DNA of 64,000 nucleotides. Source: Cystobasidiomycetes sp. EMM_F5 (lineage: Eukaryota). The stretch spans positions 62,001-126,000 of the forward strand of contig JBPGPT010000015.1 in the NCBI GenBank assembly GCA_051047955.1. Direction: 5' to 3'. Positions 13,038 through 27,826 of the stretch are shown here, piece by piece. Numbering within the stretch: the first letter of the stretch is position 1; each line of letters starts with the position of its first letter. The notes beneath the pieces are model-generated. The model worked only from the letters and a program-made list of their open reading frames with translations. It had not been told where the DNA came from and did not search any database. The position numbers and the translations under genes are program-made.

Positions 13038-14745
13038 TTAGTTCTCGATGTCCAAATCTGGCTCATCAGCGGTCGTATTGCCTGCTTCAGAGCAGAGACC
13101 AGAATCAGTTTCGTATACGACCTCTCGCACAGCTTTTCCTTTTGCGTTCTTGTAGAAGACACAAGATCCCTCGTCTTTAACGAACTTGCATTGCGAATTA
13201 CTTCGGTACAGCGCAACGTAAATATTCGTGGGATCGTAATGATAGTGATCGCCAAGGACTTCCTTGAGCGCTTCCGTTGCTTTGTCCGCGTTGTAATGAG
13301 GAATTGCGCTACAGACATGGTGAGCAACGTGCGAGTTGAGAATACCTGTAGACATCGTATGGTTAGCCGGAGGTCAAACAGATAGCTCATCAACAACGAA
13401 TTACCATGGAAGATGTAGTTCCCGAATGCTCCGTAAAGGCTGCGGTCGATTGTGCACAGAGCTCCACGTTGGAAGGACCACTCTCCTTTCCTATAGTGGG
13501 GCAGAACAGGGTCGGTATGCTGGAGATAGGTAAAAGCAACTAAATGATGATTGACGATGAAGTACGGGATGAGGTAGTATCGTGCTACTTCGGCGAAACC
13601 CCTGTTCATCCCCCAGAGGGTGAGCGCTCCGAGAACGATTGCCAGGCCGATATCGCTAATTACGATCTGCATAAAGTGCCTCTTGTTGAAGATTGGCGAC
13701 TCAGGATCGAAGTCTGTCAGAAAAGCGCATCGCGTCAATACCCGACTCTAGGCACAGTGCCGGCGAGCGCACGATTTGTCCATCTTCCGTAGTTCTGTCC
13801 GGAAACATAAAAAATGATGTACAATGGCCATCCAATGCTCTGCTGTATGACCAATTCCAGGAGATTATACAGCGGCGAGTCTTCGAGCAGATCTGCCATT
13901 GCTTCCATTTTTGATCCAGCGGATTCGTGAATTGCCTCCTGCGCGACGGTCTCGTGTGCTGGGGGTAATCCGCGCTCCGAGCGGGTCTTGGGCACGAATG
14001 TCTCGTCTCGCTCCATTGATCCGGTAGCTGCGTGATGGCGAGCGTGCTTAGAATGGGTAAAATGTAAGGTTCGCTGCGAACCCTTTCATGCTCTCACATC
14101 TGAGCTCACGCTTATTCTCCATGAATGATATGGAACTAGAAGAGCAGAATGGAAGATCAAGCCGACGGTATTGTTAATAGTTTTGGACGGAGAGAAGGCT
14201 TGATGACCGCACTCGTGGGCAATAACCCAAACACCCGTTCCAACGGATCCTGCGCACATGGCATAAATCACCCAAGCAGCCACTTCTGCAAGACTGCCTA
14301 ATCTGCCATCAAGAACGGATCCCTTGACACCGAAGATTGTGTCGATGAATGAAGCGAGGTAGACAAATGCACCGAGCATAGCCAAATCTCCAGCCAAGTA
14401 AGCACTAGATTTCAGCGCGGACCTTTCAAAACATTCCTTCGGGATTGCGTCTTCAGAAGGAGGTGAAAACATCAAATGTCAGTATGATCACTCTTGCTTC
14501 GCAACTCCTGTCGTATAGGCATCTTGACGCCGGCATCGGCGGACCGCCCGGGGGCGGATGTACCAGGATACGTCGAGGGATTTGTACATGGGGATTCGCA
14601 GTATTCGAGGCGGCTTACCCAGTAGATCTTTCATTGTGAATGTTGGCGGAGTAAATGTTGCCAGATGCTTTGCGTCATTGGAGTCAGTTGCCAACTTTGT
14701 CGTAGTTGCAGCATTGTTGCTTGTGCGCTGCCTGAGCAAAGACAT
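13038..14745 (-). CDS. Delta-12 (omega-6)-type fatty acid desaturase, copy 1
   Basis: His boxes HECGH, HARHH, HVAHH; YLQHTDP; spliced. Confidence 0.93.
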
Positions 14746-15969
14746 GGTCAAGTGGAATGAAGGATAGACACAGTGGACAGAATCTCATCGACAATGTCCG
14801 CAAAGAGATGAAAAGGGAGAAGACTCAGAGTTGCCTTTCAACACATGGTGACCTCCATTTGCCTGTCCTTTGGCCGTACCGCTCCAGCTCCGCCTCAAAA
14901 ATGCTTGTTTGTTCGGTATTGTGTAAAGGGAAGACTGTTACCGAAGCGGGGATCACGATATGTCTGCACACTTCGATTAGGAGAACTAGCCAAGCTGACA
15001 GCAGAGACTTTGAAGCCTCATCCTGCAAATGCAGCAAAGTTATTCAGTCTTGCCTTTGTCGGGTTCATTTGGATCAGGTTTATCTCCCGCTTGTCAGCCG
15101 GCATCATCGAGTCTGCTGTTCGGAGTGCTCCTCGATAACAGAATGCTGATAAGCTAGCGATTCTCAAGGAAGCGTTCGACAACATCATGGTGCAACCTGC
15201 GTACGATAGCGAGCTTGTAGCCGCTATGCCTTGCCCGAAAGTTGCTAGGCTCGTTGACATCAATTGCGTTGTATCAGGGTCACCAGCATTGACGGGAAGT
15301 GGGAGATTCTGATGGAAGGAATGCGGACGCTCTGGCAGGAAGTCGAGTAAATGCGTCCCCTGCGAGCTGTCATTTGTCCATTGTATCGCTAAGTACGTGG
15401 TTGCGAGCACAGAGAACCGAAAGCAGGCGCAAAGCGTCTTGTAGCAGAAGGTGGACATGCCAGTAATACGGAAATTGACGCTCTGCACCGCTGCGGAGCA
15501 GCGAAGGCAAAGACGATCATGAGTCAACAGGCGGTACTGTACTGCCGAAATGTTGTCAGCGGGGGAGCGTAGTCGCTCATGCAGTATGCAGAGAAGGCAA
15601 ACCAAGAAGCAAGCAGATAATAAACGAATGCTAGCATTTGCATTTATACAAGTCGATTTCGAATACATCGGAAAGCCAGAATACTGTATCGACGATCGCG
15701 AGCGTATTACCGCCAGCGTTAGCATTGGAAGAGAGCATCTTCCAAGGATGGTATAATAGACGAAAGTCAGAAAGATCCGCCTATAGAGAAGAATCCTGCT
15801 TGTGAGCGAGATCCCTATTGCCCGAAAGAAAGACAGTCTAAGCTTGCTCGCTGCCGTGCATATGCTTCCGCAACGGATCGGATCATCTAAATGCTGTCTT
15901 GGGCCAATCTTGAATGCCAAACGAAATCTCTACTTCGATACTGCGGTATGATGTTACTGCTTTGATGTC

Positions 15970-17671
15970 TTAATTCTCGATGTCCAAGTCTGGCTCATCG
16001 GCACTCGAGTTGCCATCTGAAAGGCCAACGCCAGAGTCGGTCTCGTATACGACCTCTCGTAGGGCTTTTCCTTTCGCATTCTTGTAGAAGACACAGGATC
16101 CCTCATCTTCTACGAATTTGCACTGCGAGTAGCTTCGGTACAGCGCTACGTAGATATTTGTAGGGTCGTAATGATAGTTTTCACCAAGGACTTCCTTGAG
16201 CGCTTCCGTCGCTTTATCTGCATTGTAATGGGGAATTGCACTGCAGACGTGGTGAGCAACGTGCGAGTTGAGAATACCTGTAGACATCGTATGGTCAGCC
16301 GGAGACCACGACAACAGCTCATCTACGACGAATTACCATGGAAGATGTAGTTCCCGAATGCTCCGTAAAGGCTGCGGTCGATTGTGCACAGAGCTCCACG
16401 TTGGAAGGACCACTCTCCTTTCCTATAGTGGGGCAGAACAGGGTCGGTATGCTGGAGATAGGTAAAAGCAACTAAATGATGATTGACGATGAAGTACGGG
16501 ATGATGTAGTATCGTGCTACTTCGGCGAAACCCCTGTTCATCCCCCAGAGGGTGAGCGCTCCGAGAACGATTGCCAGGCCGATATCGCTAATTATGATCT
16601 GCATAAAGTGCCTCTTGTTGAAGATTGGCGACTCAGGATCGAAGTCTATTGGAGCAGTCGCGTCAGTAATTGATGCGATCTCCTTTTCTGCACTGAACAT
16701 ACGATTTGTCCATCTTCCGTAGTTTTGGCCAGACGCATTTTTGATGAGGTATAGCGGCCATCCGAGGGTCTGCTGAAGGGTGAGGTTGAGCAGGTTCCAC
16801 AGCGGTGCGTCTTCGAGCAAATCGTCAATCGCCTCAAATGTCGACTGGGCGGGTCCATGGGCGGCAACAGTCTCGTGCGCTGGAGGTAAGCCGACCTGCG
16901 ATCGAGTCTTGGGTACGAAGACCTCGTCTCGCTCCATCGACCCAGTGGCTGCGTGATGACGGGCGTGCTGGGGAAGGGGAAAATATAAGATTGATTGCAG
17001 ATGTTCAATGTTCTTCAAAGCACTTACGCTGATCCTCCATGAATGGTATGGGACTAGGAGAGCTGAATGGAAGATCCAGCCGACAGTGTTGTTGATAGTC
17101 TTGGAGGGAGAGAAGGCTTGATGACCACACTCGTGGGCAATGACCCAAACACCCGTTCCAACAGATCCTGCGCAGATGGCATACACTGCCCAAGCGGCCA
17201 CTCTGGCAATCCTGCCCAATCCACCACCGAGAACGGACCCAGAAGCGCCAAAGATGATGTCGATGAAGGAAGCGAGGTAGGCGAATGCACCGAGCATTGC
17301 CAAATCTCCCGCCAAGTAGGCACCCGATTTCAGCGCCGATCTCTCAAAGCATTCCTTGGGAATTGCGCCTGTAGGACACGAATGCGAATGTCACGTCAGC
17401 GTCTCGGTTCGTCGACTGCACATGAATTTGCCAGAATTGCTCGTGGAAAAGATCGGCGGCCGCCTCAACCCTTCGTGAGGGTGCCTAGATACGTGGCGGC
17501 CTTGGGAATTTCCACATTGCACGACAGTCTAGGCTACTACTCACCTAGCAGGTCCTTGATGGTGAATGATGGCGGTGTGAATGTTGCCAGGTCCTTTGCC
17601 TCGTTGCCTTTGACGGCGGACTTTGACGCGTTCACAGTCGTATTGTTGGTGCGATGCCTGAGCGAGGCCAT
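15970..17671 (-). CDS. Delta-12 (omega-6)-type fatty acid desaturase, copy 2
   Basis: HECGH, HARHH, HVAHH; same exon structure as copy 1. Confidence 0.93.
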
Positions 17672-18096
17672 GTTGCAGAACTTGACGAGGGGTTGTGTGA
17701 GTAGAAGGGTGCCGCAAGTGTGGGATACAACTCTTTTGCAATTCCTTTCGATCCAATAGTCGTGGTTGCAAACTGCAAGACGCCCACCAAAGTGCCGGTC
17801 GCACTCTCCTCTTCAAATTCTCCTCTGCTCCGCTCCGCCGCGCCGCTCGATTATGCGTGCCTAGCCCAAAACGTGCAAAGGGGTCGGAAGACGCGGTCGC
17901 GGTTGGGCCAATCGGTTGAGCCGGTTCTTTCCCGGTGAGCGAGTGGCAAAGGAGAAGAGGAGATGGAAGAACTCGGATAGGTCAAATGAGCCAGAACACG
18001 CAGAGGAAAGAGTGGGAATGGTAGTAGCAACAACAATGGGACTGCCAACATCAACGACAGTGCATAGAGCTATGATGCTGAGGCATTTACGAAATG

Positions 18097-20102
18097 CTAA
18101 GACGGAGTTAGACCGTACCGTCGCAAAACATCGCGAACATCGGGAATACCGTCCAGCTTGCCAGCAGCTAGAATTGTAGGCTCCCCAGATCTGTACTCGC
18201 CAGATTGTAGCGCTTCAGGCGACTGATTGGGCCTGAAGACTCGGCGAGCTACGCGTGTTAGATCCTGTAGGTTGACAGCGTCGATTCTATCGAGCATAAC
18301 CTCAACAGCCACCTTGTGGCCATGTGCTAGAACTTGTCTGCCCAGATCTTCAGCTTGTACCATTCTCGACTCGAGTGCCATGACGAGTGACGACTTGAGC
18401 TGATTCTTGGCACGCTCGAGTTCAGTCGTATTCAGACCACGTCGACTGCCAGGGCCAAGCATGCACGAGTCGAGCATCTCTGCAATGAGAACAGGAGCGC
18501 GGTGGATGAAGTGCGGATTCACCGTCATGCAGATGGCAAACAACCCGCTGTCGATATAACAGTGGTGGAAGGCAGAGCAATGCTCAATATCATGATAACG
18601 ATTAAGTAGGTGTGTGTAGAGTTTGGAAAACATGCCTTTGCCAGGACCGCCAGCAGAAAATGCAGAACCTCCTCCGAGAAGCATCTGCAATGTGGCCAGA
18701 GCGTAAATGTCCGGATCGTGCACAGACAACCCCTCGTAGCCAATGTACAGATGCGAAAACTCCATGTTTGACGCTCGGCTGTCGTCGTACTGGCTACCTC
18801 CGGTATATACCGGTCTAGCCTCAGCCAGCTCTTCGTATGACGGCAAATTAGGGTGCAGTGTCGACGATACGGTGGCATAAGGGGCCCTTCCGCGCTGCTT
18901 GCTGGCACTCGAGCTACTCGATGGTGCATTCGGATGCAGTAAATGACTTAGCACACTCGAGCGAGGGGAATTGGATGAGGTTGTTGTGCTCGACGGTAAA
19001 TTGATCGCTTCTTGTTGCGGGACTTGGATTTGCCCAAAGTGCTTCTCTGCCAGTTCCAGCAATTGTTCATGCGGTACTCCCGCCCCTGCGACCACGATTC
19101 TGTCGGGTCTGAACCACTGTCTCCTGAAGTCTCGGATCGTATCAATGTCGATTGTTTCTAATCGATTACTGCTGATGAGGAGCGGATTGCCTAGTGTATT
19201 CTTGCGGAAGGCCACTTCGTAGAGGAGTTCAGGAAGAATCATATCCGGCTTGTTGTGGATTTCCGTCAACTCCCATTCCGCAGACTGCCGTTGCGCATCC
19301 AGCTCTTCCGGCGTGATGAGGGGGTTCAAGACAGTATCACTCAACAGAGACATGACAGACGGTAAGGAGTGGGTGTAGGACGATGCCTGATACAGGATGA
19401 CTTCGCGAGATGTAGAAGCGATAAATTGACCGCCGAGTGTTTCGATTTCTGTTGTCATCTGTTCGGCTGTACGAAATTTCGTGGACTGTCACAGAAGAAG
19501 CATTTGAAGGGCAATTTATATCAGTTTGGCTGCACTAGCGTCTGGCGAGCCATTCGGTTTCGTTTGTTAGTTCTCACCTTGAAAGCCAATCTGTCGATAA
19601 GGTAGCTGCTTCCAGCATTTCCTTCATGCTCGAATCGCGAGCCAGCACCAACATAGACTCCCGCAGCAACGAAATGCCCAGGTGTTCCATCGCTCGCAAC
19701 TCGTACGCCGTTGGGTAACGTCGAAACTCGTAATAACGAAGCAGTATCTGCCGGTTCTGAAGCTGTAGGCTTTGGATGATGATTTCTATGATGTAGTTCA
19801 GCGTTCACTGATGGTGGTGCTGTTGTAGTCGTAGTTTTGGTCCGATGTGGTTGCGTCCGAAAGATCTTTGCTCTACTCGAAACGCTCGTTACGCCTGACC
19901 TAGAGGCAGCGGATATTGAAGTAGTCGCTTGGGTATATGATGACTGAGTAGGAGCTGTGCCATGGGAAGCATGCTTTGTCGACTCTGCGTCCGTCGACAC
20001 TGACCGACGAGTACCAGCTGATACACGGCCGGCTAAGCTGGTAGACGCTGATGCCGAGGTCGAAGCAGCGGACGTTGCCTTCCGCGCTATTTGCCGAAGC
20101 AT
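18097..20102 (-). CDS. MAS2: Mitochondrial processing peptidase alpha subunit
   Basis: Arg/Ser-rich presequence; STLPNGVRVAS, GSRFE, DRLAFK; glycine-rich loop LLGGGSAFSAGGPGKGMFSKLY. Confidence 0.95.
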
Positions 20103-21851
20103 GCTTGATGTTGTCGCAAACTTGCAGGGTGGGCAGCGCTGTCTCAAGGCAAAGCAGGCTGAGACGCTGCACTTCTGTCAAATACCGCCACACTTCGGCA
20201 TTATTGTTGCTTCGTCACCAACGCATGCGATGATTCTACGACTGTGTGAGGCTAAGATCACTCGACTCATTCGTATTGACCTGTTAGACCTTTCGACCCC
20301 CAATAACCAAGTGCTGCCATCTTCATATCACCGACGAAAGTCTTGACCGTCCTTACTCATCTATTTCTCAATCTGACGAGTCTGAGCTTGACTTGGTCAG
20401 CACGCGTATTGTACACTAATCGAAGCTTATCGCATCAGCATTCAACCCAATGACGCGTTGTGCATGTTGGCATGAACTTTCCGAAACAACTACAAATGCA
20501 ACAGTAGTTACAGAATAACAGTCTACTGATCATGCGCACAGAAGTTATTGACAGACGCTGACCTCATCCTCTGGGCTCGACAGACAGTCCAGTGCTGCCG
20601 CGGACGCTGTCACTAGCTCATCAAGGGTGTTTTGCTTCAGGAAATTGTTCGAAGCCACCGTCCAAATTGCCGGACCGGACCAACCTGCACAAGCCTGTGA
20701 GGTCAGAGGGCAGATACATCAGATCAGTCACCTTGTTTGACTTGTCGCCTGAGAGATGCGAGCGGCCACATCACCGCCCGCCTGTACCGAGAAGGACGCG
20801 ACGTCAGCATTGTTCGGTCAAGCCATAACTTCTCATCGGTAATCAGACGTGGTCATAGTGAAACATATGTTATAACAGTCGTACGCTCTCCTATTTACAG
20901 GCGAATTCAGGTGTTACGATGTATGTGCGGACCAACCAGGCTGCTTGCGTGGCGTTCTTCTCCGTCTTAGACCGAATAATGGTAAGAGATGAAGTAATGC
21001 CATCCTCACGAGTCGTCTATATGAAGATGAAGCAGATGCGTCGTGTTCCTTTGCAAGAGGTCTGTGCGCTGGCTGCCTACAGGAAGAGCTGTCAAAAGAA
21101 AGCCATGTACAAGAGCCCTTCAAAGCGAACTATCACACTCAAAACCGGCATTACCACTGTTGAATCAAGCAACACATGCTCCAGGCTACAGCGCAGGGCC
21201 GCCTGGATTGCTGGGAGGTCGCAATCTTTTCGCCACTGGCAGCGAATGAAGCCATGACCTGTCTAGCCATGCGCGCGAGAAGCTTTGAAAAACGGCAAGA
21301 AGCCTGACATCATTGATGCGATAGCATGCCTGATGCAAATATTGACCGTTCGCGACGTGCCTTGCTTTTTACTGCTTTTCTGAACGCAAATCAAAGCTCG
21401 CTAACGGCACAACCCTCCGCAACACTTTGACATTCCGAAACGCTGTATCGCCAAAGAGATCATTCATGAATGCCGGAGCCTTCATTACTTTTTGAAAGCT
21501 TTCTCCTATTTCTCGCCCAGCGTGCCTCAGCCGGCTGGTGCTCGAGCTCCTGGCGGGTCCAACTGACCTGCCGCTCGGCCAAACGCATCACACCTGACGT
21601 TTGGTATTGTTGTCTCACTGGCGACCAACCTCACTGGCACACATATCTGACTTTATGCAGCTCGCTTAGCTCTTTTGCTAACATCCTCTGCATCTGTACG
21701 CGTTCGGCCGCGTCGGTTGCCTCTGTAAAACAACGGCAGTCTGGAATTTTTGCATCACTCGTTGGATCGTCGAACGCCTGCATACGACTCTCCATCGCAG
21801 CACATCACAGCTCTACCTGCATAACAGAAGCAGTCAAACCGGACTGGAATC

Positions 21852-24800
21852 ATGGCTGGTGCATCTGCCGAATTGGACTCAGTCCAGCAAGTTCAGGCAC
21901 CTGCGCCCGAGGCCGCTCCAACCGTTGATGATATCGAGATCAACGGTAGCAGCAATGCTGTACAAACCAGCAATGCCGTCAACGGTACTGGCGACAACAA
22001 AGGTGCATCGTACTTGGAAGCACCACCATTGAGCGACACGCCAGCTCGCAGTGCTTCAGTGACGCCTACAGCAAGCCGAAAATCTGTGATTATGCGCAGG
22101 TCCGTGGACTTCAGCGCACTTGGACGGCGGCTCTTTCAAACAAGCAGCCAGCACGACATCAGTCAAGATGCTGCGGGTGATGCTGACAGTCGGGACGCGC
22201 AGCCAGCTACATCAACACCCCCACGGCCGTTGAGCGTTGCTCAGCAACATGATGATACTCCTGCATCCGTGACCTTGTCGAACAGCAGGTTCAGCACTAT
22301 ATCTGGGTCAGGTCATCTCGCCAACTTGTCGGGTTCTGCATTGTCCACGTCCCCAAAACGCAACTCCCGAAAGGGAAGCCTGTCATCCCTCAACCTCCTC
22401 GGCAAATCTAGCACCGCGCGTGCCTCAATACTGGGCGATCTCTTCAGCTCGAATGGTTCTGCGAGTGCTGCCCGCAGTGCTGGTAAGTCTCATTATGTGA
22501 CAGGGGCCCTTACAAAGCTCATATCGTCTCTCGCCTTCGATTCAGGATCTGCAGAGCGACTACTTCTTGCTGCATCATCCGCATCAAGCGTAGATGCGGC
22601 AAAGTGGCTTATCGAAGTCCGCCAAGCTACCGATATACCCAGCTTATTCCTTCAGGTTGGCCACGGGCACGGACCTGTTATTGCCAATCGTGCTCCGTCA
22701 CCGTCTTCAAGTCGCAGCGCGCTATTGTCAGCTAGACAAGCGATGTCGAGTGCAGCCGTCAAGCTCTTCTCACCGTTAAAGAAAGCTACAGCGGAGTCAG
22801 CGACACCGGCAGTGAACAGCAGCACACAGCAGAAGGATCCGCAAAGGCTCGTCGCAGAAGCATCCATGGACTCGGTGAATGTTAGTAGTCGTCCCTCGAC
22901 TCCAGCCCGCCTCGTCCGATCTGCTTCCGCCCATAAGAAGGCTAGATACAGTGTCACTGCTACATCGAGTGCGAAGTCTCGCTCGAATGCAGGACCGACA
23001 GTAGCAGCCTCTACACCAGAGATGCCTTTACTCATCATCTACATCACTACGGCAACCATCAGTCTCACTTTGTATCGGACTCTCGACCAGGTCATACAAT
23101 TGGAAAGAGAGGTACATGCCCCGTATCCGTGATATGAATCAATTGAGACTGACTCAGCTCTGTTCATGACTTCCTCTGTGTAGCTGCGGACTCAGTTCCC
23201 TGATATATTCCGGGATCTCCCTAAGCTTACCCTGCTCGAAGTAAGTTTGATCCAACCAGCCGCAATTGGGCTCCAATTGCAGGATGCGACAAACGTGGAA
23301 AAGATGAAAGGGCATTCGAGACGGCCGTCACTTATGCTCACGAAACTCACGAAATCGTTCATTGCGCCAATGCGAAAGACGGTATCACCATCAATGTCAA
23401 CTCCATCTTTGGGTGCATCGTCCCTACTGATAGTACCAGATAGTGGGAACGGCCATTCGCCGATTGAGCCGACATCTCCTTCCGAAAACTCGAATGGCTC
23501 GATGCCTGCCGCTGTCCAGCAGTCACTGCCAGAGCATAGCATATCACGCCAGCAACTTCAGGAGCTGTCCGCATACCTCGGGCACCTATCTCAGCTACCA
23601 TCCGTACGATCCTGTACATCGTGGCAGCGCTTCTATACGCCAAGCAAGGAAGATCATGTCTCTGAACATCTTGAGGCAGCGGTTGCCCTCGAAAGGGAGC
23701 AAGAGAAGTTTAAACGCACCAATATACATGACAGCGGCTTGGCCGACTCTGCGCACTCCCGAAGAGGTACCGGTGCATCTCATACGAATAAAGCACACAT
23801 AAATAGGCTAGGCAGTAGGACTGAACCCTCTTCGCCGAAAAGGCTGTCAGCAAATTTTGTCAGCGCTGCTGATCTCGACACGCACTCAGCCACGAACGGA
23901 TGCAATGGCTTGAACACAGTCAGTGCTATGGCACCAATTCCGCAGAACACTAGCAGAGAAGACCTGCAGGATAGCGCAATTTCCCCTGCTTTTATGCAAT
24001 ATATGCAAACTATCGTTCATTATGAGAGCGCCGAAGAGAATTTCAGTCAATCTGGCAATCCTCTCCCGATATCCTCCATTTCTTCCGGCTTACCGTCAGA
24101 ATTCTACGACGGACGAGATGCGTCTATACATTTGCCGGCAGCAAGTCAAGACAAGAAGCAGCAATCACATAATCCCGACACGGCAATTAACCAGCTCCGG
24201 AATGCGAATTCCGACATCATTGCTGAGACTTCGTCAGATCAGATCATGCAGGATGGTCCCGGCTCAGTAACTACGCTCGTTGGAAGCATCAGCAATGCAA
24301 TGATGTCGCAAGAAATGGCAAACAATGTCCTGATAAGTGCAGTCTCGGACGAATATGCCCATATATCTCCGATTCTTTCGAGGGTCGTTAGTACTGTGTC
24401 GCTGCGGGATGCTAGTGCGCATGAAGCAGAGTTGACCGATGCTCTGACCGAGTTGAGCGCTAGTCTCGTACGGCGCGAGTCAGTACAGCATACATCAGTG
24501 TCACGAATCCCATCTATCGTTTCAAGCGACACAAGCGATAGCCAGAGGCCAGTCCGCGGGAAAAAGCGCTCTCGCAGTCGACGCTCCAGTCAGGCACCTA
24601 GTGCAACCGACTCACATTCGGGAGGAAGTGAAGCTCAAGGTCGTGTAAACATATCTGACTTCGACATCCTACAAGTGCTCGGCAAGGGCTGTGCCGGCAA
24701 GGTGCTCTTAGCAAGGTACAGACAGACAGGCACAGTCTACGCTATTAAAGCCATACACAAGTACCATGTACTGGCGCATCGCGAGCTACAGCACACTTTG

Positions 24801-27478
24801 ACCGAACAGAGTATTCTCAGAAAGATGGCGCTGGCTGCAGACAATCCATTCGTCGTAAATTTGCGATGGTCCTTCCAAGTGAGTGTCTTATGTCTTCTGT
24901 CCACCTGCATGACTGATGGCAGGCTTCCAGGATGATGAGAATCTGTTTCTGGCGTTGGATTTCCATTCTGGCGGAGACCTCGCTACCCAGCTGGCCCGTT
25001 GGGGAAGGCTTGGAAAGGATCGGACCCGATTCTACGCTGCGGAGATTATCGAAGGCCTTGAAGGTCTCCATAAAGCTGGAATTATTTATCGCGATTTGAA
25101 ACCCGAAAACATTCTGCTCGCGCACGATGGCCACGTGGTCTTGACGGACTTTGGTTTGAGCAAGCAGTTCGACAGAACACATACTCACCTGCTTCGCGAC
25201 GCGTCTACTTCTTCGATCACCCCGCACTGGCTTCGACAGATGGGTCGTTCACGCACTAGCCCGTCTGTCGGAAGCAACATTAGCAGCATTATGAGCAAAC
25301 CAGAGGATGACTCCACCGAGCATACCTCTACCTTTTGTGGAACGGCCGAATACTTAGCTCCTGAAGTCCTTCTCGGGAAACCGTATAGCTACCCGGTCGA
25401 CATGTGGGCTTTGGGTACCATGCTACATGAGATGTTGCTTGGGGCGACACCCTTCTACAACGAAGACCACAGTATCATGTATAAGGCAGTACTGCATGAT
25501 TCCCTAAACTTCACCGCTGCGGGCGGGCTCGTCGATAACGATACGCAAGCCCTGCTGCGTGGCGTAAGTATTGATATCCTGATGCATTGTGTGCTTGAAT
25601 GGGATGCTGACCCACATCTGCACAGCTTCTGTCTAAGGATCCATCTTTCCGCATGACGACAAGGCGTGTCAAGCATAGCAGATATTTCGCAGCCATAGAT
25701 TGGGAGTTGTAAGTTATTTCACGTTAGTCCTGTATCTATCTGCTAATATCACGTATTGTCAAAGCGTGTACAACAAGCGCTATATTCCCCCCTTCAGACC
25801 AGACTGCATCGAAGGCGATCCCGAAGATACACAGAACTTCGACGATGTTTTCCTTCAAATGGACAAGACCTTCGTTGATGCTCAAGAAACGCGAGAGATT
25901 GAGGCCAAGGTCCGGGAAGCTGGACATCCAGCTGATCTGCCTTACGACGAGCATGGGCGCGACGTGTTCTCGGACTATTCCTTCGATGCCTCCGCAGGAT
26001 TGCTCACATCCAATGCGGATGAGCTGGGCGACAGCCTGGCTGGCGATGAGGATGCGGAAGAGGTTTCCGATGTCGCCTCGATTATTGATGACGATCATGA
26101 TGCAGCTGCGGGCATACCGGATGAAGCGTCCTTTCGTCAGGATGTACAAGAAGACCAAGATACACAGAGTGAATCATCGCCAACTCTCCAGATTGACAAA
26201 GCGAACAAGGGCGAGCACCATTCGACGGTAGCCCCTGCCGCTACGTGTGATCAAGCACAAGAGCAGACATTATCGATCGCGAATGATTCCCAAGCCATGT
26301 CTCCCAGCTTAACAAACACCACCCAACGGTCTGAAAATGACAAAGATGACAGCGATCAAGGTTGTGACACCGGCATAACATCTGCCTGTGTCACTGACGA
26401 TGGCCACTCCCGAAGTATGAAGGAGGAGGACCGTCATCTGCGCATGTCGTCCTCCGCACTCGAATCGCTTCTCGAAACACTTGAACCGGGATCCGAAGCA
26501 AATAAAGCAGAGCCATTGATAGCTCATGACCTTGACACAGATCCAAGAGCCTCGATAGATCAAAATGGATCCCCATTAGTCAACGCGGCTGTCAATAACC
26601 CTGAAGCAGAGTTGACTTCAGCGACAGACAAACACGACGTAGAGAACAACCAGCCTCCGCGCGTCAATGAAGAAGTGGAAGATTGGCACCTTGTCGAGGC
26701 CAACCCGGAAGAGTCAGCAAACGGAGTACCCAAGACGATACGTCGTCGAGTCATCGCTGGCCCTACTCTGTTTGCCTTAGGCATTATGGATAGGTACCGT
26801 ATGCAAGTGCGGCCACCATCTCGGGCAGGCACTCCCACAAGAATGACGTTACGCCGCGGTATGTCACTTTTGACACCTCAAAGACGTGGTAGCCGCAGCG
26901 ACAATGGTAGCAAAAGTGAAGTTGGGAGTCGCCGAGGTTCTTCCGCCAATCTTGGCCAGCTTTCTCCGTCCCAGTCCTCTATTGCACAGAGTAATAATTC
27001 TGTGCATGAGCTTTCGGAGAGTGCCACCAGTATGATGAAAGCGATAGCCAGCGGTGGTGACCATTCACGTTCGGCATCTCGCAATGGTTCCTCCGAACTT
27101 CTTCCAAGCTCGCTGTCATCCTCTGCATCTCCCAAGTTTCGACTGAAACGGAATAAGAAGCTCGTACTCTCTCCTTTCGGACAATCAGTTGCACCATTGA
27201 AAGAACATCAGCGCTCTGTCACGCCGGGGTCCGCAAGCACCCTACCGCTCGAAGCAACCAACATGCAGCTGGCTCCGCTGACGCGAGCAGACTCTCGCGG
27301 CGATGCCGGATCTGCGGGAGCAGAGCATCCTTCCAAGGACTCGCAAAACGATGTTAGCCTTTCCAATGGTGACAGCATTTCGCGAAACAAACAGAAGCCA
27401 AAAGGCACAGCTTCCGAAGGAAGATCATCCACCCTCTTCTCCGGTCGATCAATCACTCAAACTGCGTCGTCGAAATAG
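21852..27478 (+). CDS. AGC family Ser/Thr kinase with upstream PX-like segment and long disordered regions
   Basis: LGKGCAGKV, YAIK, YRDLKPEN, DFG, STFCGTAEYLAPE; AGC C-tail YIPPFRP...DTQNFD...FSDYSF. Confidence 0.9.
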
Positions 27479-27826
27479 ACAGGTCTCGTGGCAGGCACTG
27501 TCCGACCCTTTTTGACACATAGTTATATACGAATCTAATGATGCGCAGCTACGAAGACACGATGTTGGACGTTTTAAAGTTGACCGATGCAGTCTTAGCA
27601 TCTGTAGGTTTTTTTATATGCGTTCATCTCGGACGTATCCGCGATAGTGAATTGGTCCAAAGTCAAAGGAGCAACCTCGAGTCCATCCGAATACGCGTTT
27701 GCCATCGATTGTGACTGGTCTTCGCCATTGTCTAGAGAGGCTTGTGCTTCAAAATCGGCGAACTAACCGTAGAGGGAAGGGCAACTCCAGCGAATTCTGA
27801 AAGGGAGTCTGTTCACAAGAAAGTCA

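Noticed and set aside
15018..15920. 300-aa minus-strand ORF between the desaturases
   Set aside because: Non-ATG start, atypical composition and no motifs; probably intergenic or decayed sequence
20200..21850. Short ORFs between MAS2 and the kinase
   Set aside because: No coherent gene model; likely promoter and 5' UTR
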